NCBI GenBank assembly: GCA_045545475.1
Contig: JAZQAZ010000002.1
Span: forward strand, 1-64,000
Reading direction: 5' to 3'
DNA: 64,000 bases
DNA from: Clostridia bacterium
Lineage (GTDB): Bacteria > Bacillota > Clostridia > CAKSNL01 > HGM11501
Shown: one piece after another, positions 1 to 9,619 of the stretch
Layout of the letters: each line of letters starts with the position of its first letter
How positions within the stretch are numbered: position 1 is the stretch's first letter
The notes under the pieces: model-generated
Told to the model about the DNA's origin: nothing
Seen by the model: the letters and a program-made list of their open reading frames with translations, nothing else
The model's database searches: none
Position numbers and translations under genes: made by a program

Positions 1-1
1 A

Positions 2-267
2 TGCACCACAAAATTCTCGATTTTGAGTGCAGGACTATGAGAAAAAACTGTGCCCATCGAGGGCAAGTTTTTTGCTCGGAAATTTTCACGGCATATTAAG
101 ATGCCTAAGAAAATTTCCTTCGCATAGGAAAAAAGCCGAAGGAATCCTTGACGGATATGTGAAAAGAGCCTTTTGCTCTTGAACAAAAAACTCCAACTCA
201 ATGTTGGAGTTTTTTAATTATTGCAAGGCTTTTTGACACAGTAATGTGCCAAAATCGTGGATTTTGG
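2..267. repeat. Chain of hairpins (REP/MITE-like intergenic element, possibly cut by the window start)
   Basis: Inverted repeats at 2-31, 39-77, 78-118, 164-180, 185-215 (perfect 13-bp stem with A/T tails) and 249-267; no credible ORF. Confidence 0.6.
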
Positions 268-309
268 GCGATTTATCCCTAAGAAGTACCGCCGTTCGTG
301 CATCGGTTT

Positions 310-1446
310 TTACGTTTCCTTCAGACATTTTGACACAGCTGAGACAGTTTTTTTTATGTCACGGGGAGTTGTATATATTCCGGGAGAAAAACGAACGGTT
401 CCGGTATCAAATGTGCCTAATGTTTTGTGTGCAAGTGGTGCACAGTGAAGTCCTGCCCTGACGCAAATGCCATGATTTTTAAATAGTTTATCTGAAAGTG
501 AAAAACAATCCATAGGCGTTACAACAGATAAAACGGCGGAACAGTTTTCTGAAAATGGAGATCCTTTAAGTTCTACGCCTCTTATTGCGGATAAGTCTTC
601 GGCAAGTATGCGTGTAAGATAACGCTCGTATTTGCCGATTTCTTCGGCACCGACTTTCAATATGTGGTTTGTTCCGGCCAGTAAGCCTGCGATTGCGGGA
701 ACGCAAAGTGTTCCGCTTTCTAATCGATCGGGGAAAATATCCGGCTGAAGCAGCGATTCTGACATGCTTCCTGTACCTCCCTCGGTAAGAGGAGATATAT
801 CAATTCCTTTTCGTATATAAAGGCCACCGCTTCCCTGAGGTCCTAATAGGCCTTTATGTCCCGGGAATGCCAGAATATCTATGTTGTGTCGCCGGACATC
901 GATGGAAGAACAGCCTGCACTTTGTGAGGCGTCCACCATAAAAAGTACCCCTTTTCTTTTAGCTTCGATTCCTATTGATACAAGATCGTTTTTGCTTCCG
1001 CACACATTGGAGGAATGTATGAGACATAGAAGACGGGTATCGGGAGTAAGGGATTTTGCCACCGCTTCGGGACTTATATATCCGCAGGAATCTGCTTTTA
1101 TATATGAGGTCTCGATACCTTGCTTTTCAAGAGTTTTTAGAGGGCGGAGAACAGAATTGTGTTCCATGGATGTGGTTAAAACCTTATCTCCGCTTTTTAA
1201 TACGCCCTTAAGGGCGGTGTTTATTGCAGTGGTAGCATTGTTTGTGAAAACAATATTTTCGGGCTCGGGGATATTAAATAATCGTGCCAGCGCTTCTCTC
1301 GCAGAATACACAACCGATGAGGCTTTGCGGGATAAAATATATCCTCCCCGGCCGGGACTTGCACAGGTATTTAATGCGTTGATTACCGCTTTTTTTACAC
1401 ATTCGGGTTTTTGAAAAGTTGTGGCGGCATTATCCAGATAAATCAT
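310..1446 (-). CDS. Cysteine desulfurase family protein (class V PLP aminotransferase)
   Basis: MIYLDNAATT start, DASQ, FPGHKGLLGPQGSG (PLP lysine), RAGLHCAP catalytic Cys, GTVRFS. Confidence 0.93.
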   Translation of the reverse strand: MIYLDNAATTFQKPECVKKAVINALNTCASPGRGGYILSRKASSVVYSAREALARLFNIPEPENIVFTNNATTAINTALKGVLKSGDKVLTTSMEHNSVLRPLKTLEKQGIETSYIKADSCGYISPEAVAKSLTPDTRLLCLIHSSNVCGSKNDLVSIGIEAKRKGVLFMVDASQSAGCSSIDVRRHNIDILAFPGHKGLLGPQGSGGLYIRKGIDISPLTEGGTGSMSESLLQPDIFPDRLESGTLCVPAIAGLLAGTNHILKVGAEEIGKYERYLTRILAEDLSAIRGVELKGSPFSENCSAVLSVVTPMDCFSLSDKLFKNHGICVRAGLHCAPLAHKTLGTFDTGTVRFSPGIYTTPRDIKKTVSAVSKCLKET

Positions 1447-1478
1447 TTATATTACTCCTTGACAGCAAAGGCTTTGAA

Positions 1479-1697
1479 TCAGGATTCCTCCTGATAAATT
1501 TTTTTGACAGATATATGAAGGCTCGAGGCAAGAGAAGAAACTTCGGACAGATAATTTTTATTTAATCTAAGAGAGTAGGAGCATCCGCCTTCCGACAGAC
1601 GTTTTGGTGTTTGGATTATTTCCGAAGCAATATTTCTTGCGGCAAGTTGCTTTTTCAGCCGCTGGGCACTAGTAACAGAAGAAAGTATGACCAGCAT
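1479..1697 (-). CDS. DUF3343 domain-containing protein
   Basis: SVTSAQR...IIQTPKRLSEGGCSYSLR pattern; ATG at 1697 follows AAGGAG; lies directly upstream of the desulfurase, a usual context. Confidence 0.75.
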   Translation of the reverse strand: MLVILSSVTSAQRLKKQLAARNIASEIIQTPKRLSEGGCSYSLRLNKNYLSEVSSLASSLHISVKKIYQEES

Positions 1698-1961
1698 GGA
1701 ATCACTCCTTTCGGTATCGGAACGTTTTTCCGATATGGTGTTATCTTCGGCCAATAATTATAGTATGCAAATTAATTGATTAAGGACACAAAAAATAAAA
1801 AAATATAAAAAAAGCAAAAAAAATGAAGATTTTCCTTGCAAAATTGATTAAAAAAGGTTATTATATAGTAGGATAGTATTTTTGTATTTAAATTCAGGAA
1901 GAACGTAATATTGGAAACGTTTTACGTTTGATATACGGATTTTGAGAAAGGGATGATTTTT

Positions 1962-3047
1962 ATGTCAAATAAATTTTTTCAGGGCGTTGTATATCAGCTG
2001 AAAGAGGCTTTTGGAAGACCTGTAGGCGTGATATTTGATAACGAGACAATACGCTCATTCAGCGATATGAGTGCTATAGAAGAAATTCTTGACGAAGTAC
2101 AGCAACAGTGCAGCGAACCCGGCAGAGTCTATGTTGCATCGGGATATACATTTATAGGCGGAGGCGTAAGAGGGAAGACAGATTTTATTGCCTTTGTTGA
2201 GGGAGAAGACGAAGATGCAAAAAAGGATGTAAGTATTTTATCCGTATCCATACTCAGCATAAAACAGTTCTATGATGAGAAGTTTGATAAAATAAACTTT
2301 ATTAAAAATGTACTTCTTGATAATATTATGATTGGGGACCTCCATGCAAAAACCAAGGAATTGCATATTCCTACGGATGTAACACGTGTTGTTATGACCG
2401 TGCGTGTTGATGCAGGACATGATCAGGCGGCAATTGATATGCTGGCAAATGTTTTTCCCGACAAGGAAAAGGATTTTATAATCAGCATAGATTCCGGAGA
2501 TGTGGCAATTGTAAAGGAATTGAAGCCTAATTTTTCCGATAAAGACGTGCAGAAGATTGCAAAGTCTCTGCTTGATACAATAAATTCTGAACTTATGGTA
2601 AATGCATCCATAGGTATAGGAACAATTGTGAATGATATGAAGGATCTTGCAAAGAGCTACAGAGAGGCTCATGTGGCTCTTGAAGTAGGGAAGGTAATGG
2701 ATACGGACAAGCCTATAGTAAGCTACAACAAGCTTGGAATCGGCCGTCTCATCTATCAGCTTCCCACAACACTTTGCAAGCTGTTTTTGGATGAAGTGTT
2801 TGTAAAAGGCTCCCTTGACACACTTGATCATGAAACCATTGTTACAATACAGAAGTTCTTTGAGAAAAACCTTAATGTATCAGAAACTTCCCGTCAGCTT
2901 TACGTTCACAGAAACACTCTTGTATACAGACTTGACAAGGTACAGAAACTTACGGGATTGGATCTTAGAATGTTTGAAGATGCCATTGTTTTCAAGGTAG
3001 CTATGATGGTTAAGAAATACCTTGAATCCAATCCGAATAAGATTTGA
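1962..3047 (+). CDS. PucR/CdaR family transcriptional regulator
   Basis: C-terminal HTH NLNVSETSRQLYVHRNTLVYRLDKVQKLTGLDLR; GGDEF-like SIGIG...SYREA middle; typical position before ftsE. Confidence 0.92.
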   Translation: MSNKFFQGVVYQLKEAFGRPVGVIFDNETIRSFSDMSAIEEILDEVQQQCSEPGRVYVASGYTFIGGGVRGKTDFIAFVEGEDEDAKKDVSILSVSILSIKQFYDEKFDKINFIKNVLLDNIMIGDLHAKTKELHIPTDVTRVVMTVRVDAGHDQAAIDMLANVFPDKEKDFIISIDSGDVAIVKELKPNFSDKDVQKIAKSLLDTINSELMVNASIGIGTIVNDMKDLAKSYREAHVALEVGKVMDTDKPIVSYNKLGIGRLIYQLPTTLCKLFLDEVFVKGSLDTLDHETIVTIQKFFEKNLNVSETSRQLYVHRNTLVYRLDKVQKLTGLDLRMFEDAIVFKVAMMVKKYLESNPNKI

Positions 3048-3055
3048 GGAGCAAT

Positions 3056-3742
3056 ATGATAGAATTTGTTGATGTTAAACTTACTTATCCCAATGGGACT
3101 ATAGCCCTTGATGGATTGTCATTTAAAATAGAGAGAGGGGAATTTGTTTACCTCACAGGTCGAAGCGGTGCAGGTAAATCCTCGATAATGAAGCTTCTTA
3201 TGCGTGAGGAAAACCTTACAAGCGGGCAGATTTTTGTAGATGGAGTTGAAATATCCGGCCTTGCAAGAAGAGAAATTCCTTACCTCAGGAGAAGCCTTGG
3301 TATGGTATATCAGGATTTTAAGCTTCTTCCGAAGACCACCGTTTTTGATAATGTTGCATTTGCAATGCAGGTTGTTGGTGCAAGCGGAAAAGCTATAAGA
3401 AAGCGTGTGCCGGAGGTTCTTGACCAGGTAAGTCTTTCAAATAAAGCAAGGTGCGATATATCGGAGCTTTCAGGCGGTGAACAGCAGAGAGTGTCCATTG
3501 CCAGAGCTTTGGTTAACCGCCCTACGGTTATTCTTGCGGATGAGCCGACAGGTAACCTTGACAGAATAGTGGCCATGGAAATTATGGATACGCTTGAGTC
3601 CATAAACAAAAGCGGAACAACAATTTTAATGGCTACTCATGCGGCAGAAATTGTTAATGCAAGACCGAAGAGACTTCTGGTTGTTGATGACGGTAAACTT
3701 ACCCGTGACGAAGAGGGAGGATTGTATAAACTTGATGAATAA
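3056..3742 (+). CDS. ftsE: Cell division ATP-binding protein FtsE
   Basis: Walker [35 protein letters not shown]; adjacent to ftsX. Confidence 0.95.
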   Translation: MIEFVDVKLTYPNGTIALDGLSFKIERGEFVYLTGRSGAGKSSIMKLLMREENLTSGQIFVDGVEISGLARREIPYLRRSLGMVYQDFKLLPKTTVFDNVAFAMQVVGASGKAIRKRVPEVLDQVSLSNKARCDISELSGGEQQRVSIARALVNRPTVILADEPTGNLDRIVAMEIMDTLESINKSGTTILMATHAAEIVNARPKRLLVVDDGKLTRDEEGGLYKLDE

Positions 3743-4616
3743 ATCCAGATATTATACGAAGACGGCACTTATGAGTATCGTAAATAACCGTCTTATGTCA
3801 GTATCCTCCATACTTACGATTGGTTGCTGTCTTTTCCTTTTCAGCGTATTTATGCTTTTTACAGTAAATGTCAATTACATAAGCGAGCAGATTAAGTCTC
3901 AGTGTGAAATTCAGGCATTTATTGATATAGAGATTGATGGAGAAGAGGCTTATGAAATTGCTGAACAGGTAAGGTTGGTTCCTAACGTCAAATCGACAGT
4001 TTATGAGACCAAGGCCGAAGCTTACGACAATTATTCAGATAGGCTCGGCGGAAATTCGGTTGCACTGGAAGGACTTAAAGGGGAGGACTTTTTAAGGAAC
4101 AGCGTTAAAATAACTCTTGCAGATCTTACCCTTGCTCAGGTCACAGCTGATGAGGTTGCAAAGATAGAAGGCGTTGCCGAGGTAATAAACCATCAGGATG
4201 TTGTGGACGGAGTTGTCAAGGCTACTTCTTACATACAGTCGGCAAGCTTTATCATAATGCTTATTCTTATGGTGGTTTCGCTCTTTATTATATCCAACAC
4301 CATAAAACTTTCGGTTGCTGCACGAGCAAATGAAATTCATATTATGAAGTTTGTGGGAGCAACTAACTGGTTTATACGTTGGCCTTTTATCATTGAAGGT
4401 GTATTAATCGGTATAATCGGAAGTTTATTGGCCCTCGGGGTAATTTATTTGGGATATATTCCTTTATATAATTCGGTAACAGATGCGGTTCCGCTGGTTA
4501 AGCTTTGCTCTCCCGCATCCACGGTTGGCCTGGTTATACCTCTTGTAATTGCGTTCGGTTGCATTATGGGAGCACTTGCAAGTACCGTATCTACAACAAG
4601 ACACCTTAAGGTATGA
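3735..4616 (+). CDS. ftsX: Cell division permease FtsX
   Basis: N-terminal TM, extracellular loop, ISNTIKL..AR..EIHIMKFVGATNWFIRWPFIIEG signature. Confidence 0.95.
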   Translation: MNKSRYYTKTALMSIVNNRLMSVSSILTIGCCLFLFSVFMLFTVNVNYISEQIKSQCEIQAFIDIEIDGEEAYEIAEQVRLVPNVKSTVYETKAEAYDNYSDRLGGNSVALEGLKGEDFLRNSVKITLADLTLAQVTADEVAKIEGVAEVINHQDVVDGVVKATSYIQSASFIIMLILMVVSLFIISNTIKLSVAARANEIHIMKFVGATNWFIRWPFIIEGVLIGIIGSLLALGVIYLGYIPLYNSVTDAVPLVKLCSPASTVGLVIPLVIAFGCIMGALASTVSTTRHLKV

Positions 4617-4629
4617 TGGAGGAGACGGT

Positions 4630-5817
4630 ATGAAGAAAAGAAAAATATTCATGTCTGCTGCCGCCTTTATTATTGCACTGATTTTTGTTATAAGTTTTAT
4701 AGCATCGGCTTTTCCTTCCAATGGAGCGACACTTAAAGAACAGCTTACTGCAGCACAGAATCAGAGAAAAGAATCTGAGCAGGAGCTTGCAAATGTTCAG
4801 TCGCAAAAGAAATCGGCCGAAGAGGACAAGGTTAAGATACAAAACGAAATAGACACGTTGTCGGGGCAGATTTCTGCTGTGGAAGCAGAAATTTCTTCAA
4901 CCAATGAAAAGTTGGCTAAGAAGGAAAAGGAGCTTGAAGAAGCGGAAATCGCATGCGAAAATCAGTTCACCTCTTTTAAGACAAGGGCAAGAATTATGTA
5001 TGAAAACGGCCCTTCAACTTATATTGAAATTCTTTTCAGTTCCGGCAGTTTTTCGGAGTTCTTTTCAAATCTGCAGATTATAAAAAGTCTTCTTGAATAT
5101 GACAATAAGATTCTTGCTGAGCGAAAGGCCGCAAGAGAAAAGATTGCTTTACAAAAGGCAGAGGTGGAAAATCTGAAGGCCGAACAGGAGACAAGGCGTA
5201 ACACACTTAATGAGATGAAGTCAACTCTTAATACGAAAAAGCAGACGAAGACTGAAATTATTACACAGCTTGCAAGCCAGGAGGCAACACTGCAAGCGGC
5301 GATAGATAATCAAAAAGCAGAGGAAACAAGAATTCAGGGACTTATTACCGCTGCATTGGAAGAACAGCGTCGTAAGGAAGCGGCTGCGACCACAACTACC
5401 ACCACTGTTATTACAACAGGAGGTACAGGAACAATGACATGGCCCTGTCCTTCTACCAAGCGTGTTACCAGTGAGTTCGGAAATCGTTCTCAGCCTGTAG
5501 CCGGGGCATCCACAAACCATAAGGGAATAGATATTGCCGGAGGAATGGGAGCAGATATAGTTGCTGCGGATTCAGGAACAGTGCTTTTCTCGGGAAACAG
5601 TTCTTCCTATGGAAAATATATCGTAATAAGCCACGGAAACGGAATAACTACTCTTTATGCACATTGCAGTGAGCTTTTATCAAAAGCCGGAGCAACGGTT
5701 ACTAAGGGACAGGTTATTGCGAAGGTGGGCTCCACAGGAGTTTCCAATGGTCCGCATCTTCATTTTGAAGTTTCGGTTAACGGTGTAAGACAAGATCCCA
5801 GAAATTATGTGAATTAA
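4630..5817 (+). CDS. Coiled-coil M23 peptidase (EnvC-like FtsEX-associated murein hydrolase)
   Basis: Signal peptide, long coiled coil, Thr-rich linker, HKGID, YAHCS and GPHLHFEV zinc motifs. Confidence 0.9.
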   Translation: MKKRKIFMSAAAFIIALIFVISFIASAFPSNGATLKEQLTAAQNQRKESEQELANVQSQKKSAEEDKVKIQNEIDTLSGQISAVEAEISSTNEKLAKKEKELEEAEIACENQFTSFKTRARIMYENGPSTYIEILFSSGSFSEFFSNLQIIKSLLEYDNKILAERKAAREKIALQKAEVENLKAEQETRRNTLNEMKSTLNTKKQTKTEIITQLASQEATLQAAIDNQKAEETRIQGLITAALEEQRRKEAAATTTTTTVITTGGTGTMTWPCPSTKRVTSEFGNRSQPVAGASTNHKGIDIAGGMGADIVAADSGTVLFSGNSSSYGKYIVISHGNGITTLYAHCSELLSKAGATVTKGQVIAKVGSTGVSNGPHLHFEVSVNGVRQDPRNYVN

Positions 5818-5819
5818 TA

Positions 5820-5848
5820 AAAAGCTGTGCGCATAGCGCACAGCTTTT
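5820..5848 (+). terminator. Rho-independent terminator after the M23 gene
   Basis: aaaagctgtgcgc-ata-gcgcacagctttt perfect stem. Confidence 0.75.
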
Positions 5849-5872
5849 GACGATAAAAGGAGGACATCATTC

Positions 5873-6991
5873 ATGAAGAAAACACGTAAATTTATTTTAT
5901 ATGCGGTAGTGATAATTCTGGCACTGACGGCGGCGTTTTCATTGGGTAGATTTGTAGGAAAATATTCAGGGAAAATGGGAACGGTGGAAAGACTGATTGA
6001 ATATTTTTATCCGCTGGAATATGATAAAGAGTATATAGAAGATATGGCGGCAAAGTTCATGGTTATGGCTTTGGAAGATCCGTATTCTGAGTATATGACG
6101 AAAGAAGAAACCGATATCTTCCTGGAAAGCATTTTGGGAGAATATAAAGGTATCGGACTAACCATGCTATATGACGAAGAATCGGGGAAAATAGCAGTAA
6201 CGGACGTGGAGGAAGGCGGTCCTGCCCATGTTGCAGGGGTGAAAGTCGGCGATATACTTTTGGAAGTTGACGGAATTGAATTTAATTATGAAAACTATGA
6301 CAGGGTATATTACTATATAAAAGGGCTTTCCGAAGAGGCTCCGGATGACGACACCGAAATGAAGCTTACGGTTAGCCGGGAAAACACGGAACTTGAGTTT
6401 ATGCTTAAGCGTACAATGATTTTATATGAGTCTGTAACGTCTGAAGAAAATGATGGGATTTTATATATAAAGCTTACGGAATTTTCCGAAAATTCGGCTT
6501 TGAAATTCGAAGAGGAGCTTTCAAAGTATGAGAATATAAAGGGGATAATTCTTGATTTGAACGATAATGGCGGAGGAGACATTGATTCTCTTATACAAAT
6601 AGCGGAACTTCTTTTGCCTAAAGGATTGCTTCTTGAAACCGAGAATGCAATCGGCGAAAAGAAAAAATATAAAATATCCGACGACGAGTATTACGATGCA
6701 CCTTTGGCAGTACTGGTTAATGAGAATACCGCAAGTGCATCGGAGGTTTTATCGGCAGCCATTAAAGAAAGAGGACGAGGAATACTTGTGGGAGAAACAA
6801 CCTACGGTAAGGGCCTTGTTCAGGGAATATTCCCCCTTGGAGACGGAAGTGCTTTAAGACTTACGATAGAAAAGTATTATACGGCAGGCGGAAATTATAT
6901 TAACGAAAAAGGAATAGAGCCTGATATTAAAGCACAGGGCGAAGAACAGCTGGAAAAAGCAAGAGAATATATTAAAGAAAACGTGGAATAA
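5873..6991 (+). CDS. S41 carboxyl-terminal processing peptidase (CtpA-like)
   Basis: LEDPYSEY, PDZ GIG, TASASE catalytic Ser, TYGKGLVQ Lys, GIEPD. Confidence 0.92.
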   Translation: MKKTRKFILYAVVIILALTAAFSLGRFVGKYSGKMGTVERLIEYFYPLEYDKEYIEDMAAKFMVMALEDPYSEYMTKEETDIFLESILGEYKGIGLTMLYDEESGKIAVTDVEEGGPAHVAGVKVGDILLEVDGIEFNYENYDRVYYYIKGLSEEAPDDDTEMKLTVSRENTELEFMLKRTMILYESVTSEENDGILYIKLTEFSENSALKFEEELSKYENIKGIILDLNDNGGGDIDSLIQIAELLLPKGLLLETENAIGEKKKYKISDDEYYDAPLAVLVNENTASASEVLSAAIKERGRGILVGETTYGKGLVQGIFPLGDGSALRLTIEKYYTAGGNYINEKGIEPDIKAQGEEQLEKAREYIKENVE

Positions 6992-6993
6992 TA

Positions 6994-7027
6994 AAAGAAG
7001 CTTTCAGGATTTCCTGAAAGCTTCTTT
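6994..7027. terminator. Bidirectional terminator between convergent ctpA-like gene and murC
   Basis: aaagaagctttcagg-attt-cctgaaagcttcttt. Confidence 0.85.
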
Positions 7028-7028
7028 G

Positions 7029-8399
7029 TCATTTTTTCAATTCATTAAGAATATCTTCTCCGATTTTGAATACATCGCCTGCACCCACGGTCATTATTAT
7101 GTCATGGGGGGTTGCCTCAGCAAGGACATGTTTTTTTGCATCTTCAAAATCCTTTGCTAAATAAGAACCTTTGATTTTACCTGCGAGCATTTCCGATGAA
7201 ACAATACCTGTATCTTTTTCTCTTGCGGCATATATTGGAAGAAGGGTAAGGTTGTCACACAAGGAAAGTACAGAAACAAAATCATCAAATAAAGTTATGG
7301 TTCTTGTATAGGTATGAGGCTGGAAAATTATGTGTTTATTTCCGGGCATCTTTGACAGAGCATCCAGCGTTGCACGTATTTCTGTGGGATGGTGTGCATA
7401 ATCGTCATAAACCCGGATATCCTTTTCTGTTCCTTTGAGTTCAAAACGCCTCTTTGCACCCTTGAAGGCCGATAGACCTTTTGATATTTTATCGGGAGAA
7501 ATTCCGGATATATATGCTGCTGCATAAGCACAAAGTGCATTGCTGACATGGTGAAGGCCCGGGACGGAAAGCTTTACGTCGGAGAGAAAACCTTCTTTTT
7601 CGGAATAAACCGAAAAGCTGTATGCACTAAAGCTGTCACAAGTAACATTTTCAGCATAAAAGTCAGCCTTGTTTATTCTTGAGGTTGTAATAACATTGTC
7701 CATTCCCTTTACAGTATCTACGGTATTTTCATCATCTGCGTTTATCACAACCGCACGGCCTGCAAGATGAGCAAAATCACGGAAGGCATCCTTTATGTCG
7801 TCCAAATCCTTGTAGTAGTCCAGGTGATCGGCTTCGATATCGAGAATAATTGCGATTTCCGGATGAAAGTCCAGAAAGCTTCTGTGATATTCGCAGGCTT
7901 CGGAAATAAGAAAATCGTTTCCGCCAATGTGCATGTTTCCTTCAAGTATTGATAAATCTCCACCAATCAAAACCGTGGGGTCCACATCTGCTCCCATATA
8001 AATGTGTGCAAGCATTCCCGTAGTGCTGGTTTTGCCGTGTGTTCCCGATACATCAATGGGGCAGGAATACATGGTTTCGATTTCACCGAGCAGTGTGCTT
8101 CGTTCCATACAGAGAATATTGTTGCTTTCTGCATAGCTACGTTCAGGATTATCTGGCTTTATTGCGGCAGAATAGATAACCGCATCGGCATTAACTGTGT
8201 TCTTTGCATCGTGACCTTCGAAAATTGTCGCACCTTGATTTTTAAGTCGTTCGGTATATATGTTTTTACCTGAGTCGCTTCCTGTTACCTTATAACCTCT
8301 TGACATAAGGATTGAGGCAAGCGCACTCATGGAAACTCCTCCGATGCCTATGAAGTGCACTGTTCCGCCTTTTTTTATATCGCTAAGCTTATTATACAA
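7029..8399 (-). CDS. murC: UDP-N-acetylmuramate--L-alanine ligase
   Basis: HFIGIGGVSMS, GTHGKTST, EACEY, DHLDYY, DDYAHHPTEI, FQPHTYTRT. Confidence 0.96.
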   Translation of the reverse strand: MYNKLSDIKKGGTVHFIGIGGVSMSALASILMSRGYKVTGSDSGKNIYTERLKNQGATIFEGHDAKNTVNADAVIYSAAIKPDNPERSYAESNNILCMERSTLLGEIETMYSCPIDVSGTHGKTSTTGMLAHIYMGADVDPTVLIGGDLSILEGNMHIGGNDFLISEACEYHRSFLDFHPEIAIILDIEADHLDYYKDLDDIKDAFRDFAHLAGRAVVINADDENTVDTVKGMDNVITTSRINKADFYAENVTCDSFSAYSFSVYSEKEGFLSDVKLSVPGLHHVSNALCAYAAAYISGISPDKISKGLSAFKGAKRRFELKGTEKDIRVYDDYAHHPTEIRATLDALSKMPGNKHIIFQPHTYTRTITLFDDFVSVLSLCDNLTLLPIYAAREKDTGIVSSEMLAGKIKGSYLAKDFEDAKKHVLAEATPHDIIMTVGAGDVFKIGEDILNELKK

Positions 8400-8650
8400 A
8401 AAAATCCGTCCTTTCCGTAAGGAAATTTACAAGTCTTTACTATAGTATACCACGAATTTTAATTATATCAAGTGTTTTGTTGGAATATAGATGTGCATTT
8501 TGCATATTTTTTTTACAATATTATAGTCAAAATGACAAAAAAACTAAAAGGTGTATTGACAATTTTATATAATAGTGATAAAATCAAAATTAAAGAACGG
8601 TATGATGCCAGATAATAGGCAATACCGAAGGAAAGGTGGATTCAGACATT

Positions 8651-8929
8651 ATGAAGATTACCGACATTAGAATTAGAAAAACAAGTACAGAAGGAAAGAT
8701 GAGGGCAGTTGTTTCAGTTACGTTTGATGACGCATTTGTTGTACATGATATAAAAATCATTGACGGTAATGAAAAAATGTTTGTTGCTATGCCTTCGAGA
8801 AAAACACCCACAGGGGAGTTTAAGGACATAGTTCATCCCATCACAACAGAGGCAAGAGAAGAACTTCATAAGGCTATTATTGAAAGATATGAAGAATATC
8901 TTAAAGAGGAGCCGGCTGAGGAAGAATAA
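8651..8929 (+). CDS. spoVG: Septation regulator SpoVG
   Basis: [10 protein letters not shown]...[10 protein letters not shown]...[21 protein letters not shown]. Confidence 0.96.
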   Translation: MKITDIRIRKTSTEGKMRAVVSVTFDDAFVVHDIKIIDGNEKMFVAMPSRKTPTGEFKDIVHPITTEAREELHKAIIERYEEYLKEEPAEEE

Positions 8930-8939
8930 TGGAAAATAT

Positions 8940-8967
8940 GGCAAGCCAAAAAAAGGTTTGCCTTTTT
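8940..8967 (+). terminator. Terminator after spoVG
   Basis: ggcaagcc-a7-ggtttgcc followed by T tract. Confidence 0.65.
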
Positions 8968-9049
8968 CTTTTCTATAGTGTATAATATATATGATAGCCG
9001 GAGGAGTTTACGCCTTCGGCCTAAAGCCATGTAAAAAGGAATGATTTTT

Positions 9050-9619
9050 ATGTATCTTATAGCAGGATTGGGAAATCCCGGGAAGGACTATGTAAACACC
9101 AGACATAATGTGGGATTTGAAGCAATAAGTGTGCTTTCGTCCTTCTATGATATTCCGCTAAAAAAAATAAAACATAAAGCCTGCTTCGGCGAAGGGAAAA
9201 TTGCAGGCGAACAGGTTATTTTGGCACAGCCGCAAACCTATATGAATAACAGCGGGGAATCCATCAGAGAGATTATGGATTATTATAAAATACCTGTATC
9301 TAATCTGGTTGTGATATTTGATGAGGCGGCTCTTCCTGCGGGGAAAATAAGAATAAAGCCTTCCGGCAGTGCAGGTGGCCATAATGGAATGAAATCGATT
9401 ATTTATCATCTGGGAAGCGATTCGTTTTACAGAGTACGTCTTGGAATCGGAGCAGCAAAGGGAGATTTGGCGGATCATGTGCTTGGCAGATTTTCCAAAG
9501 AAGAAACAGAAACCATGATTGATGCGGTTAAGAAAATTCCGGATATAATAAATCTTATACTGAAAGGTAAGCCCGAAGAGGCAATGAATCTCTATAACCG
9601 GGCAGAGGGTGGAAAATAA
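9050..9619 (+). CDS. pth: Peptidyl-tRNA hydrolase
   Basis: GLGNPG..Y..TRHNVGF, PQTYMNNSG, GSAGGHNGMKS. Confidence 0.96.
   Translation: MYLIAGLGNPGKDYVNTRHNVGFEAISVLSSFYDIPLKKIKHKACFGEGKIAGEQVILAQPQTYMNNSGESIREIMDYYKIPVSNLVVIFDEAALPAGKIRIKPSGSAGGHNGMKSIIYHLGSDSFYRVRLGIGAAKGDLADHVLGRFSKEETETMIDAVKKIPDIINLILKGKPEEAMNLYNRAEGGK

Noticed and set aside
228-340. ttttgacacag occurring twice (231 and 328) as possible IS ends or target duplication
   Set aside because: The second copy is inside the desulfurase CDS in the same orientation and no transposase is present; likely chance.
5383-5430. Thr-rich low-complexity tract in the M23 gene as a phase-variable repeat
   Set aside because: Codons are mixed (acc/aca/act), so it is an ordinary flexible linker rather than a slippage tract.
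8994-9023. Hairpin tagccggagg/ccttcggcta in the pth leader as a riboswitch or T-box
   Set aside because: A single stem right after the promoter, with no aptamer or T-box motif and no T tract; at most a 5' stabiliser.
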